This document shows, piece by piece, positions 37,316 through 51,224 of a stretch of 64,000 nucleotides of DNA. The notes beneath the pieces were generated by a model, which was not told the DNA's origin, did not search any database, and saw only the letters and a program-made list of their open reading frames with translations. The position numbers and the translations under genes are program-made. This DNA comes from Camelus ferus (Eukaryota). Position 1 is the stretch's first letter. Every line of letters begins with the position of its first letter. The DNA is taken from the NCBI RefSeq assembly GCF_009834535.1, contig NC_045696.1, forward strand, positions 53,756,001-53,820,000, in the 5' to 3' direction.

Positions 37316-40300
37316 CCGTTCCCCAAATAAATCCCCACAGCACCCAGCGGGGAGAGAGACCTGTGCCAGCCCCCTGCCCTCTGATTAGTTCATGAAAGGA
37401 AAAGTTCTCACTGAGTTCTCACCACAGAGTCTCTGCAAGGCTTCAGAGGCCTTTGGAATTTCCCTGGGCTTCCGGAGAAAACGGAGGCATCTCCCCATTC
37501 CCTAACCAAGGAGGAGAAAAAAAAAAATACAGCCAGCTGTTTCTTCACAACTAGAGAAAAATCTCCTAACCCAGATCGGAGAGTATCATGACCTGCCTGC
37601 AGCAACTCAGAGGACCCCAGCAGATGGGTTTTTACAACACAGAACCAGAAGCTGCGCTAAATATTCTGTGGCTACTGTGAACAGTGCTGCAGCCGGAGTC
37701 ATGTGTATGCAGTAGTGCCTTCTGCCTGGATTTTGAGAATCCAAGATCAAGAATGCAGCACTGCCATCAGTAACTTCAAGGGAACGTGGATGGAATTGGC
37801 AGCAAGAACTCTGTGCTAAAAGTAATAGCAATACATACTAGCAGACTGAAGTATGGTTTGGACACATCTACAGAAAACAGCCAATGCTTTTAATGTATGT
37901 GTGCAGTATCTTCTACAGCACTCTGACAGACATCTGTAGGCTTCCACTATATCTCTGGCGACTGAGAAAAGAAGGACTTGGAAGGAAGACTGTGGGCTGT
38001 GTAGACCACATTACCACTGGATAATTCCCAATATGCCACCTCTGGAGAGCCTATCTGGGTTTGAAATATTAAGACACTTAAGAAAAACCTGATAAGCAAC
38101 CATTGTCCTAATCAGAAAGATTTTATGACACAACACACATCAGCTGTGCCAAGATCTGGTCAAACAAAAGACGGTGAGATGGCTAGGAAACACAGTTGGA
38201 AATATTTGTTGAAATGCATTGAAAGATAGATGACTCCTACTGGTTATTGTTAAAAGCAACAAACCAAGATGAATCTGTGTGGAGTGATCTCACTTCTAGC
38301 TGCCTGACTGGATACAAGTCCCTCTCCCCTCCGAGGATCACTCTCCTTGACCTTATATCGAATAAGGTTAATGATAACATCTGCCCAACTCGCTTCATAA
38401 AGTTCCCAACTTGAACACAACACTGTAGAACCCTTTACAAACTGTAAAGTGGCGCCCACCAGTGAGTGAATACACTGGGGGTGTATTTACATGTGAACAT
38501 ATGTATATTGTCCTTCCCTCAAAATGAAATTTCTTAGAGGAGAGATTACCATTTTAGATCATCTGCAAAGAACAGAAACTCAGGATAGCTGCCCAAAGAG
38601 AAGGTATCAAGTCATTTTGTGGCCATTTGAGTAATTATGTGGCCATTAAAGGGGTCTTCCTTTTCTTTGCACCCTCAGTGACAAATCCAGAGTTTGTTAT
38701 AAACAAACTGAAGTGCTCCTCAATGTTCCCATTTGCTTTTTCCTTTGGCTGTTCTCAGTTGAATCATACAATCCATGCATTGTTAGTTGTTCAGTGGTTT
38801 CAAATTATTTTACAAAGCAGTGGGGGGATAAATGTGGCTATGCAGGAAACAGATAAATGAGAGAAGCACAGCTTCACATGTTTGAAGACAACACAATCAT
38901 GCTTGACTTCTCTTCTTGTTGTTGTTGTGTTGAGGTTGTCATAGCTTCCTTAGAGAATTCCAACCATCTGGAGTCTCGATTCAGTGCCCCTTCTTCTCTT
39001 GAGCCTTTTCTGGTTTCTCCCAAAGAAGAATTGATCTTGCCTTCCTCTGAATTCCCATGTTTCTTCATCTCCAATTCTTTCACAGCACTAAATTCAATCT
39101 AATATTTTATCTTTTTTTAAGGAGCTGAGACTCTGATGTACACTTCTGTCTTTTGCCTGCATTAGGCTGCCTTTGGTTTCACACATAATAGTTGCTAAAT
39201 AATTATTGGTCAATAAATGAGTGAGTATGTGGATAAAATATAAATGCACCTGTGTTTTGCTTGTACCATTACCCAGAAAACCCAGAGTTACTAGGTGTCA
39301 GGAGATAAGGAAGTGATATAAAGCCCACCTCAGGTGGGCTCTTGGCTGGGCCATCACCACCAGCTCTCAGTAAAGCATCCAGGCCCTGGGGATATTGAGA
39401 TCAAATCCCGGCCACATCAAAATCCCAAGCTCTGAGTGGGAGGAAATTGAAAAGATAATTAACATAGTGTACGTGTAGCATGAATTTCTGCTCCATCCGG
39501 CGCTCTCATAAACCTTGAAAGTTCAAGTATGCAGGCGTCTGACATTCTCATTCATGGGCTACATGACTTTTGAGCTTCCTTCCTCTTTCTCTTTTCTGTT
39601 ACATTTAGGCCTAGCTCCACAGGAGCTTTGTGTTCTGCTGAGGCTGCTGCCTTCGTTATAATTTTTGTCTTGGATTAACTACTGATCCCTCACAGCAAAG
39701 GGTTTCCATCCTCCACTTCTCATCACCAAGGTCCTGCAGCCAGTCTTCTCTGCTGGCCCTAACAGGGGCTTGATGAATGCTCCATCCTGGGATGGCTCCA
39801 CATGCTCAGAACCAGCTGTTTTTCCAGTGGCCTTTTTGGGTAAATATGGCAGGGACAGGCTTTGGTACGCATTTCCTTGTGTGTGTATTACATATATTAT
39901 ATATAATATATGTGTATATATATGTGTGTGTATGTATACACAGAAGGTTCTAGTACACATGCCCAGACTACATCAAAACACAGTAAACAGCAACACTACA
40001 GCTGTAATTTCCTTTAGTATTTTTTGTTCATTTTCTTTTCTATTTTAATTCTATGTTCCAAACTTCTGATCATTTCACCTATGGTAGAAAGAGCGTTTTT
40101 TTGTTGTTGTTGTTGTTTTGGTTTTTTTTGCTTAGTTTTGCCCAACTGCTTATTATCAGTCTTTGTATCCACTTACATGTTCTTCAGGATTTCCTTGAAC
40201 TGCCAGCTACGCAATGCACCTCCCCCTTCCTGGGGCTCTAGGAAGTAAAATTCACTTCCACCATTTTAAAATCACCTAACATGTTTCTTAGTCTTATTTA

Positions 40301-41391
40301 CAGCCTCATTTCCACTTCCCCTCCCTCCTCTTTCTCCTGACCCTGCAGAGAAGTTCTGATCCCAAGGAAAGTCTGTTTTCAGGGAGGATGGAGAGAATTG
40401 GTGAGGCGACGACACCTGCGGGGGCACCTTCCCACTTTACAAGAAGCTGATGGGTCTGGGAAGGATGTTTTCTGTGATTTTTCTAAAACCTTGAAAATAT
40501 CTGGTACCGACGACATGGCTTTATTCCAGTGAATCAGTTGCTTGGTTAAGTGCTCTCCTTGATTTTGTTTCTGAACAAACATGAACTTCCTAATCTCTGT
40601 TTCTCTGCTTGGGTCTTGCCCTGCCTCTGCGGAAATGGAGAATATCTTTGGAATGTGAGAAAGGCTCACAGACCTCCAATATAGGGACGTGCACTCAGTG
40701 ACATGCTCCCTCCCCAGATGGGTCTTTGCTTCCTTAGGACTAGATCAAAACCATGAACTACTGTGAAATTACATTGGGGTTTGAGATTCTACTACCAATG
40801 AATTACACAGACTGCAGAGAGGTCTCTTTACTACTCTCCGTATCTATAAAATAAGGATAATTAGTTTCCATTGTCCTCTTTTACAAGGATACTATGGAAA
40901 TTAATGACCTAATATCTTCAATGGGCCTCACCGCCTGGCACAAAGGTATGAACGGAGTACAAAGAATAACTGTGACCATTTTGCTTTTGATGACTTGACT
41001 TTATTTTTTTTTCCCATCTCCCCACAATGAAAAACTAGTTAATTCTCCTGACAAGAAATAGAGCACTTCTGTCTGCCGTGGTCTGCTTCATGCTAGAGAC
41101 TTTTTCAGTGAGAAGAAATTAACCACGAACTCTTGCTTGCACACAAACAGTTCTCCCTAGCCCTCGTATTCATCTTCCTTTTATCACGGTTGTTATTGAA
41201 GAGACTGGAGGATTACATCCTGCTCAGCTGTCTAAACACGTCTTTTGTCTCTGTTCTCAAAACCCACTGCTGCAGAGGACACAGCTGACCCAGGGCAGGT
41301 CAGGCAAGTGTGTGTGTGGAGCGGATGGCTGGGGGGGGGAAGGGAGGTCATATACTCAGATCCTGGTAGCAATGAGGGAGTAAGCTGGGCA

Positions 41392-41862
41392 TGAAACAGG
41401 AAGGAAGGGGGCAGGGCACAACCATTAAAAGAATGACACAGCCATTGTGGATAAGACAAATACTGGTTAAAACCAACTAGGCCCAAGATGGCAGAAGATT
41501 TGACTTCCAGCCTCATTATATGCTCACTGTAACACATTAACATGGTAAATGACACACCTACAGGTGCCATAACAGTTCTGAAGCTAACTATAGAAGGTTA
41601 AAATGTGGGCAGTGGCCCAACTCCAGGAAATCCCCTCCCCTTCCCCAAAATAGTTGGAATAATACTCCCACTTGTTAGCCCATGAAATTACCCAGCCCAT
41701 AAAAACTAACAACCCCATATCCTGCTGCTTCTCGCCATCTGAGACAGCCTGGACTCTGTCGATGAATGTGTACCTCCTTGAATAAATCTACTTTCACCTT
41801 ACTATGGAATGTGTATCCCCTAGGGCTGCTCTCACTTTCCTAGACAACCTCATGCTCTGGGG
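41392..41862 (+). mobile_element. ERV1 LTR, MER41-like; 3' end truncated and followed by a short L1-type A-rich tail
   Basis: tgaaacaggaaggaagggggcagggcacaacc...ggcccaagatggcagaagatttgacttcc...gacacacctacaggtgccat...aataaatctactttc. Confidence 0.75.
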
Positions 41863-42618
41863 CTGACTATAATTCAATAAAAATACATATTTAAAAAAAA
41901 AAAAAAGAGCAAAGTTGGCAAAAGGTGGGCATTTAGTTAGAAATGGTTACCACCAATGGTAACCTCCTGATTGGGAGTACCAAAGAAATGCTCATGGAAT
42001 CATTTCTTAAATGATAACAAACAGCAGAGACTCAGAAAGAAAATGAGAGCTTTTAGAAATTAACAAAATTGTAAATTAACTAAATTAAATTAGCAAATAA
42101 CTGCTGTTCTCTTTGTTACTGGATCTCATTAACACCTATTATTTTACCTCCCCTGGCTTTTAACGAGTTCCTTGGCATCTAAGCTAGCACCAATGGGCCT
42201 GAGAAATTTCATGTATTTTTTCACAATTAAATGATCTGACTGGGTGAGCACTGGTTTCGTAAGAGAATGAATAAACACTCTCCACAAAGCTGGCAGGCAG
42301 GTTTTTGGTTTGGCAAAGTAGGGTGTATCAAATGGTCGAGCAGCTCCTAAAATTTGCTTTCCTCTCTTCTGTAAATTTGTTTGGTAACAATGAGCCCACA
42401 TGGGTAATATAGACAGTCTCTTACTCATGGCATGGTATTGTTCACATCAGTTTCCCTTGGCCCTGGGGGCAATGTGGAACCATCCCAGGCAGGCGCTGCA
42501 CACTCAGGTCTGTGTCACAGCCTGGAAACAGTGAGTCTAAGAAATTCCTGATCTTAGAAGGGGCTGCTGGTGTACCTTCTCATCCTCCCCTATGGAGAGA
42601 GAATAGTTGTGTTTTTTG

Positions 42619-42619
42619 G

Positions 42620-42654
<35 letters not shown>
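42619..42654. repeat. (TTG)n microsatellite
   Basis: Seen directly. Confidence 0.95.
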
Positions 42655-42655
<1 letters not shown>

Positions 42656-42849
42656 TAACTATAGAAAGTAAGCAGGAATCTTCTCTGGGAAGAGGTAGGA
42701 GACTTAACTGTCTTTGAAGGTCTAGCTGGAACTCTATCTTTAGAAAGACACTAACTCCAGCTCCCAAGCTTGTTTGTAAACCAGTGTCATCCCAGTGGCT
42801 CAGAAGACATGCAGAAATGTCAGCATCATGGAAAATTATCTTTCATTTC

Positions 42850-43060
42850 TCTGGCTTAGTGGAATGTATTTTGGAGGCAGAGATTTGGGTTCAAATCCTA
42901 ACTCCAGTATCTATTTCAGGACATTTGGCAAATTTACACACACGCTCTCAGCGCTAAAGCCTGTCATTGATAAATATATGAATTATTTCATTGTTACACA
43001 ACAATTCTAAAAGCAGCAATAGAGAACTTAGCACTGTCTGGCATGTATTGAATGCTCATT
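42850..43060 (+). mobile_element. MIR SINE
   Basis: ttggaggcagagatttgggttcaaatcctaactcc...cttagcactgtctggcatgtattgaatgctc. Confidence 0.6.
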
Positions 43061-44006
43061 AAATTTGATTACCTGCCTTCCTCTGTCTCCCCAATTCATT
43101 CAGCTTCCGAGATGACCTGTCAACTATACAACTCTGCAGTGCTTCAGGTAGCAGAAGGTGGATTACCAGTAACATCTCTTTTAAGTGAAAAAAACAAATT
43201 AACATGTGCAATATGTTTGCCCTAGAAAACAGACAATTACTCATTAGCTTTCTGGGGTTGGGTAAACCATCTGATCTATTTGGGTCTTAATTTCTTCATT
43301 TTAACATAAGAAGATTATTCTAAATGATCTCTAATTGCTCTTTCAAGTTCTAAGCTGTTTTCTTATTTCTTTATTTCTGTTTTACGTATTTCTATCAGGT
43401 AGAGAGTAATGCTTTTTTAACATAATTTATTTTCTGTACTGTATTTTTCTTGAACTGTGAATTGACTGTTTAAAAATATTGCAGCTTTAAAAAAAATTGT
43501 TTTCTTCTGCCAAACACAGTAGAAACATTCTCACAATTTTTTTCTACCCATACTTGTTTACAAAGTAGTCATAAATATACATACTAGTAATGCTTTTCCT
43601 CTTTTCCATACGGTTTCCTTAATATGTACATATTTATTGCAAAATTGAACAGGTTTTACAAAGAAATCAATCTTCAAAGATTCGCATGAATGGAAACACA
43701 AAGCAATGAGTATAATCTAAAGTGACACAATTCAAATAACTGATATTTAGCATAATATTTGTTTATGTATTTGCTTCTTTGTATACAGGTTCCTTTGTGT
43801 TCTGAGATTGCGTTTTAAACAAAAAGTGAAGCCACATTGAAAGCTGGCCTAAGAAACAGGATGGTTTTGCTGCCCAACATAGACTTCTTGAGGGCCATCT
43901 CTCTCTTGAGCAGAGACCATACATCTCACCGTGAGCTGCTCTGACAAATTCCACCTTCTAATTTCCCCTTAGAATTGTGGTATTGCTTTTCTGTACAGAT
44001 TAAGGA

Positions 44007-44212
44007 TTTTTTTTTTTATTGAAGTATAGTCAGTTTACAATGCTGTGTTAATTTCTGGTGTATGGCATAGTGATTCAGTTATATATATATATATATTCCT
44101 TTTCATATTTTTTTCATTATAGGTTATTTCAAGGTATTGAATGTAGTTCCCTGTGCTATACAGTAGGACCTTGTTGTTTATCTATTTTATATAGAGTAGT
44201 TAGTATCTGCAA
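44007..44212 (-). mobile_element. Young L1 3' tail (same family as 33502-34106)
   Basis: Poly-T followed by attgaagtatagtcagtttacaatgctgtg...gttccctgtgctatacagtagg. Confidence 0.9.
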
Positions 44213-44749
44213 ATTTTTTATCATACATTTACAAACAATTCTTATCTTGTATCTAGCACAAAGTTTGATATTATACAAGGGGTGATCGACAGAAAATAGA
44301 TAAAGGGTAAAACAAGACTCAAGGCAGATTTGTTAGGGAAGGAAAACAAAAAACTTAAATTAGAATTAAAAGGTGACACATTTCATCTGGCCTGAGGATC
44401 TGCAGGGAATCAGGAGGTATCTGCAAGTCAGATCGCCAGGGGAGGGCTCTCTGCATAGGCTGAAAGTAGAAAGTACTTAGACCTTGGGACACATAAACAG
44501 GTCAAGAAACAGAGAATAATGATCTGGGCCGTAAACAAATTGTCTTCAAGGACTGAGCACATTCCACTGAGTTAGTTCAGTAAAACATAATTCAACAAAC
44601 ACCACTAATCTACTACTGTATGCAAAATACTATCCCAGCCACATCTCTCTCAGACTTAGATCAGAGAGCTGAGAAAGTGAGGTTCTTGGCTAAATTTAAA
44701 AAGATTTCTAGGTTATAGTGAGCTTCAATGTCATGTACTGAGTGAGACC

Positions 44750-45200
44750 TGTGAACTAAAAAAAAAAGTACAACCTAAAAGTTGAAATCTATGTTTTATT
44801 TGAGGACCTTACTGAAGAATATACCCAGGGAGACAGCCTCAGATCGCTCTGAGGAACTGTTCCAAAGAGATAAGGGAGAAGCCAGGATATGTAGGAGATT
44901 TTGCTGAAAAAAATATAGTCAAACATCAAAAGATTACTGCTAATCACAAAAAACAGACATCTCAAGTTAACGATCTTCATGCTTGTCTATGTGTGGGAAG
45001 ATGCAAGAGTCTGGGCTCATTGAAATTATTCCTTTGATATGCATCTTAACTATCTAGGGCCATTATCCTGCTCTTCTCCATCCTGAATTTCACCCAGGGT
45101 ACATGGCTTGATGGCCAGCAATATTCATTGTTTACCAAAATGGCAAGCAATGGTTTTTTTGTTTGTTTACTGAAATGGTAGGCAACATTCTTTGCCCACA
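44750..45200 (-). mobile_element. Complete ERV1-class solo LTR (451 bp) with 4-bp TSD GACC
   Basis: TGT...ACA termini; GACC at 44746-44749 and 45201-45204; AATAAA on the minus strand near 44795. Confidence 0.85.
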
Positions 45201-46444
45201 GACCACACACTCTTGTACTTTTCTACCCATGTCTTCATATGACATTATTTATAGAAAACAATTGTTCTAGCAATGAATACCAGCTTGAGAATGTTTTAAG
45301 GACAAGTGAGATTTTGACAACAAGAATGTTTAAATTCTAGATACACATGCAAATATTTTAATCAGGATTCTATGAATGTTGTTATGCTGTTACTTCTTGA
45401 AGAGACAGTATTTTCTGAACAAAATTTCATTTACCAATTTTGTTCTTTGATCAATATTCTATACGATGCTTTTAAGCTTTTTCTTTTTTTTCACCTTCTC
45501 TTTGGTAAAATTGTCTTTATTGTGATCAGTGCTTTCACTGTATAAATTGTACAATAAATAATTGAAAGATCAAGATCTTTTGTTCATATTGAACTGCATC
45601 AATCATAGTGCATTTTGCATGTAGGGTTTCTGTGTTTGTATATATGTGCTTATTAATCCTACCAAATCCATTTTTATAGTCATTTTTGCAGATCTAAATT
45701 TTGTGAAGAATATTTTTTATTTTTCTATCAATTTTTAGTCAATACCAAATGTTGTTATGTGTAGTTTTAGCTGCACTGAGTTATATTTTGTTATATTTGT
45801 TTCTCATATGTCTAATTTTGCCTGGGTCAATTTTTGCAATTCTCAGTATCCCCGTGAGATATTATCCTTGAGTCAGTTTTCTGACTATCACAAACTTTGC
45901 TATGTGCAATTTTAGTTTACATTATTTCCTCAAGTCTAATTTTTCTTGGACTAGTTGTTGTGCCTCTTAAATTTAAGTAAGTGTTCCTTGTATTACAAGC
46001 AAAGGATCTAGGTACTCTGTTGAATTAAATTATCCTCAGGATCAAAGCAATAATGTCAACACTTTCTTTTCAGTTGAGGACATGGAGAGTAAACTGGATT
46101 AGAACAATCATTTTTTGAAAAAAAAAAGATCAGCTATACCACCTCCAGCCTAGTCACAAGGAATACATATTTTTTAAGAATAAAGACAATTCTCAGATCC
46201 AGGCCTAGCCCGAGAAATTTTTGTCTTTTGAAGGGTAAGGATATCAGCAGTTTTTAAATTCATCTAGAGCTTCTCAGTGGCTGTCATAGCTGGCCAGTGA
46301 GAAACTGAATCAATTTTCAAAAACTCATCTAGACCATTTCTCCCTTGGCATCAAAATTCAAGGAGATTCATACTGTAGTATATATAATGTCAGAGTCCCC
46401 CAAGAAAAGTTGAGATTTAAGAGATCCATGCTAAAGAATAAAAC

Positions 46445-46930
46445 ACTTCTAATTAAAGATGGCAAATTGAACAAATATTTACCTCTGCTTCTTTCCAAAA
46501 CTTCACTAAACTGACAAAAGGAATAAAAGATATTTTAAAGGCATAAAGGACAGAAACAAAAGGAGAGGCAGTTAGTGTAACAAAACTTTGGAAATGGTAG
46601 AGCAAAACAGCTAATGGTAATTGATGTAAACTGAGCTGAGAAAGTTGGATTCTAAGTCAAAAAGCAGAGATCTAAGAGACACCAAATTTGCCCTGTAGAA
46701 ACAACTCCTCCGTGCAAAGGCTGGGTATTTGTAGCACCTAGAACCACTGGAAGCGGGGTAAAAGCAGAACTGAAACAGGTGGATTTTTTAAAATTCTGTT
46801 GAATAAGTAGCCAGACCTTCCAATTCCCATCCCGATTACGTTTAGGGAATGCCTGTCTCTCCCCTTCCCCCACCCCTAAAAAAGAGTGGCTTATCCTCTA
46901 GAAAGGATAAAACAAAGGGTCTCCATTGGG
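46445..46930 (+). mobile_element. Old L1 5'UTR-like fragment
   Basis: Starts acttctaattaaagatggc (YY1-type L1 5' end), then cctctgcttctttccaaaacttcactaaactgac. Confidence 0.45.
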
Positions 46931-48089
46931 GAACACTATGCTGGCATAAGCTCTTCCTCCCTTTCTGTGAGATGCGAGTAGTGTGTAAAGTTATGCTGTG
47001 TGCATTCTCTTTAAATAATTTCATGAAGATCCCAGTCATGGTCACACAGGACAGCTGCGGGTATGGTCAAGTTTCATTATACAGATGCTCTGGCACAAAA
47101 GCACAGCCTAACTACAGTGAGAACTTGGAATCATGCATCCTGCTGCATCCATCCTTCATTCTGAAAGATGCCATTTATTTTAGATATAAATCGACAACCA
47201 ACCCACACAGACCTGCTGTTGCTGTGATACTAACACTGTAAATTATCTATGGCATTTTAGGGACTTTGTCACAGAAATGAAGTCGGAGGTGGAAATGTAT
47301 ACAGAAACACATCTTCTCATAGGTTAGGAAGCTACTGTTACACTTTTGATCTTCATTCTCAAACACAAGTTGCAACAGGTTAAATAAGAGCTATCTAAAG
47401 AGGCAGAAAAGCAAATATTGAACCCATTTCTTCCTATAATTTTTCATCTTCTCAGCCCAAAGATTTCAGAATGCAGTGCATTCGATACAGCTCAGGGCAC
47501 AACTGAGAATCTGAAAGTTTTCAGAATCTACCATCTTCCAGAAATCTGCCTAGCCAGCCATAATTTGATCACACCTATTTCTTTCCCAGGTTCACCACAG
47601 CATGTACAATGTAACCTAATAGGCTTTAACTTTGTCCCCAAACATTCTTATTTATTGTCACTAATTGTCATTAACCTTCCAGTCAATATACACAATAGTC
47701 CACTTTGATTTTGAATCTAGATAGGACACCCCATCTCTCCTTCTCCTTTTCTGGAGAAGCCCTATAAATTACTGACACTAGCAATAACAGAAATTATCAA
47801 TAGCAAAGGTTGACTTGAGTTGCAATGAGAGGTAGATTGAATCTTTGTGTATGAGTACTGTAATTATGAACCCCAGTCTCTCTGTGTGCTGACACTGGCA
47901 CTAATACTGACATGTTCAGTTCTCCAGCATAATTCTTTCATGGGTCTTGCATGGTTACCACAGTCTCCTCTGTTACTGGTTTCTGGAAGTGTGGGATGGG
48001 CATAATACGGCCAACACTTTCTCTACCAAGAGTCATGCCTTGTAATCTGGTGGCAAAGAGGACAGGCTGCATATGGCCTCATGGGACAT

Positions 48090-48330
48090 GTGCTTGGGGT
48101 CACATTTAGATCCCAGCTCTACCACTTATCAGATAAATCTCAAACAAGTTGTAAAACTGCCTAAATTTGACTTTCTTCAACTGGGAAAATGGGTAAGGGC
48201 AACTTTTATGCCATGGAATTGATGTGAAGAGTAAACGGAGATCACATGGAGATCATGTAGGGATTATGGAGATTTTATATATCCAGTCACAAAGAAACTG
48301 GTCCAGAGACACACAGCAGGTACTCAAGAT
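48090..48330 (+). mobile_element. MIR SINE
   Basis: agatcccagctctaccacttatc...ttcttcaactgggaaaatggg...cacacagcaggtactcaa. Confidence 0.55.
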
Positions 48331-49544
48331 CTAATGTGTACCTTTACCAGAAAATACTTTGTTGTTAGATCAATTTATGTTGAGCGATTATTGCAGAATA
48401 ACTATGCCCAACGGGTATAGAAAGATTCAAAATAATAAAGAACTTCAAGTCCTTTCTTCTTCAACTTTGTGGGATGGGGTGGGGAAAGAATGTATCCAAA
48501 TACTCATCCTCATCCTTTTTAGCTCCTTGGACAGAGAGATCTGGCTCCATTAGGAGAAGGGCTCCCACCAGTCCACTATGGTAGACGAATATAATGCTAT
48601 ACGATCCATTTTGTCTCGCCAGTTAGTACAGACAGAAACTTCCCCTTTAAATGTGCTCTCCCATCAGAAGCTGTGCCAAGCCAGTGGCATCTCCGGCAAG
48701 AAAGTGTCTCACTAGCTCCATTTTCATCTTTCAGTGTCAAGTCTATGTCAAGTTCTTTTTAAGAATCAACCTTTGGAGACTTTTCTCGGGACCCCTTCCA
48801 TCTCCACTAAAGGCTGTCTTTGTGAAGTACTTTTTCAAATTACTTTTCTTGTTTCTTATGAGAATTCTCTTCATGTTTCCTGAGAGATATGGCACCTTTG
48901 AAACAGACCCAAGACAGCCAGAGATTCCATGTGACAGAGAACTTCTCCTTGTTGGCTGCTACCCTTCTTGAGCTTTGACAAAATAAAGAGGATGAGGACA
49001 TGAGAAAGATTAAAGGACCTCTCATTAGGGGTCAGGAATTGATTTTTTGTTGTTGTTTCCTGGAAATCCATTATGAAACGCAGATAGGTTTCCAACAACC
49101 TTTCATACTGGGATATTGCCCTCAGAACTAGATTGCTGAGGGCAGCATTGGTAAATTCAGCAGATTGTTGCCTAAAGCCAGAGCCATGGATATGGAAGGG
49201 GAAACTACTTTTGTATGTAAACATATGAGAATTCATACATTGTGCTGGAAAAAAAGGGACAGAGAGAAATCAACTACTTGGGGGAAATCAGAGGAGGTCT
49301 AAGAAACAAATATTTCTAGGGCTAATCAGTGGATTGCAGAGCAGTCCGACACTAAATGGGCCAAATGTCAACGGTGCTTAAGAAACAATATAAGAGGATA
49401 CTCAGACATGGAACTTCTCAGGATACTCAGGACTGAAAGTGTCAGAAGTATGAAACAGAGGACATTCACTCACTGGGATTCAAGTTAATGGCCAAAATTA
49501 ATGACCAGGTGGAGTTTCCTACACTTTCTCTTTTCCTTGTAAAA

Positions 49545-49723
49545 GCAAAGTTTGGATTAAATTTTGTGGAACATAAGATTTATACATTGGGGAAGGGACT
49601 CTTCAAGAAAATGAATTCAATAGTAGGAATACAACATTACTAATGTCCCTCCCAGGGGCTAGAAAATGGCTTATGAAAATGAGAAGCTTCTGAATCATTA
49701 GTCTGATAATAAATCCACCTCTG
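49545..49723 (+). mobile_element. hAT-type MITE (MER53-like)
   Basis: ttttgtggaacataagatttatacattgggg...ctcttcaagaaaatgaa...cattagtctgataataaatccacctctg follows the remembered MER53 layout. Confidence 0.6.
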
Positions 49724-51224
49724 GTTAAGAGTTATTTATGATGAACATGCTTGACCTTTTGAATGCTTTCTCTGGGCACCAGCTCTGTAATATCTTGCTC
49801 TAACTTCCCTGGTTGAATTGGGGTTTGGCAAAGAACAAAACTGTCAAACTTGGATTAGTAGGTTTGCAATGGAAAGTCTGATATAGGAAGAGGATTTTAT
49901 TCTAGTCTCTGTTGTCATAGTAAATGACATATTCAAAGAAGTAATTTTTTAATTATAAAAATAACATAATAAAAATAAATTTAGGGAATAAAGAGATATA
50001 AAGAATAATCACAAGAATCATGCTATTGTATTTCCTTCTGGATTTTCTCAAAAGTGTATGTGGGGGGATTAATTGAAATTATTCAAATTTATATTCACAA
50101 CAGTCACTCTATCAGATGTTGCTTTATTCTTATAGATGATTGGGTGATTGTTTTTCCCTCCTCTCTCTGTTTTCTTTTCTGTTATTTACATATATTTCTA
50201 TTTATTTTTGGTAGACTGGGAGGCACTTCAATTTATAATCAAGCTCAATGTTGAAGTTTTTGGCTTTAACAGAGAAATAATAGAGCTTTAGAATTTTGGA
50301 CATCAAATCACTGTAGCCTGAAGAATTATATTTAGATGTGTATTCTGAAAACCTTGGCAGAAATTAACTCCCTGAAACTGAACTGCTACAGAAGCAGAAC
50401 AGGGCCCAGGGAATCCCTGAGTAGATGACTGGCTGGGTTCTGGAATGGGGTCCTGATCTCTAATTCCCACCTCTGTCATTTTTCATCCCTTACTTAGAAG
50501 GAACAAAGAGAGGGACTGCCTTTTAGATTAAAAAAAAAAGTAGTTTTAATGCATCCAAACAAATACTTGAGAAACAGTAAAAGCTTTTTTGGGTGACTGC
50601 CATTCTCCACATAATATATTTCAGAGATAATATTCAGTCATCATCATTATTATAATTTTTTTTGCATTTGTACAGCAAGGAAAAAAAAAAAACAAGGCTA
50701 CAGACTATCTTGGTACAGTATATGAATTCCACTAACTTTTTCCCCCAAATTTCTTTTTTAAACTCCAAGTATCTCAGAGAGTGCTTTTTTAGAAGCAGAA
50801 TGGTGTAGCAAAGGAGTACACATTATGTGTAAGCAATCTTTGATTTTTGTCCTAATCCTCCACTGCTAGGCTTCTACTTTCTCATTTTTAAAAGAGAAAG
50901 ATTATTCTTAAACAATACTGAACATTCTTTCCAGACTTAACAGTCTATGATCCTTTAATAGGTTTATTTTGTCGCTGTTTTCCTGATGATTTTGAAGTGT
51001 TATCTTGGCAACCGTTAAATTATATTTCTTCTCTGCGTGCAGAGTCACCACTCCTGAGTCCAGCATCTCTCATTCAGCTCAGCTGATGCTGTACTTTAAG
51101 GGCAGCAAAGGATATCCCTACCCTGTATTCTCTCAGCCAGGCTGGTGAGACATTTCTGCAGAAGTTCTTCTTGCCCCTCAAAGATCCTAAGCATTTCTGA
51201 TGGAGATACAGACATGTGTTAAAG

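Noticed and set aside
48578..48715. Short ATG-initiated ORF MVDEYNAIRSILSRQLVQTETSPLNVLSHQKLCQASGISGKKVSH
   Set aside because: 45 aa, no recognisable homology or promoter context; expected by chance.
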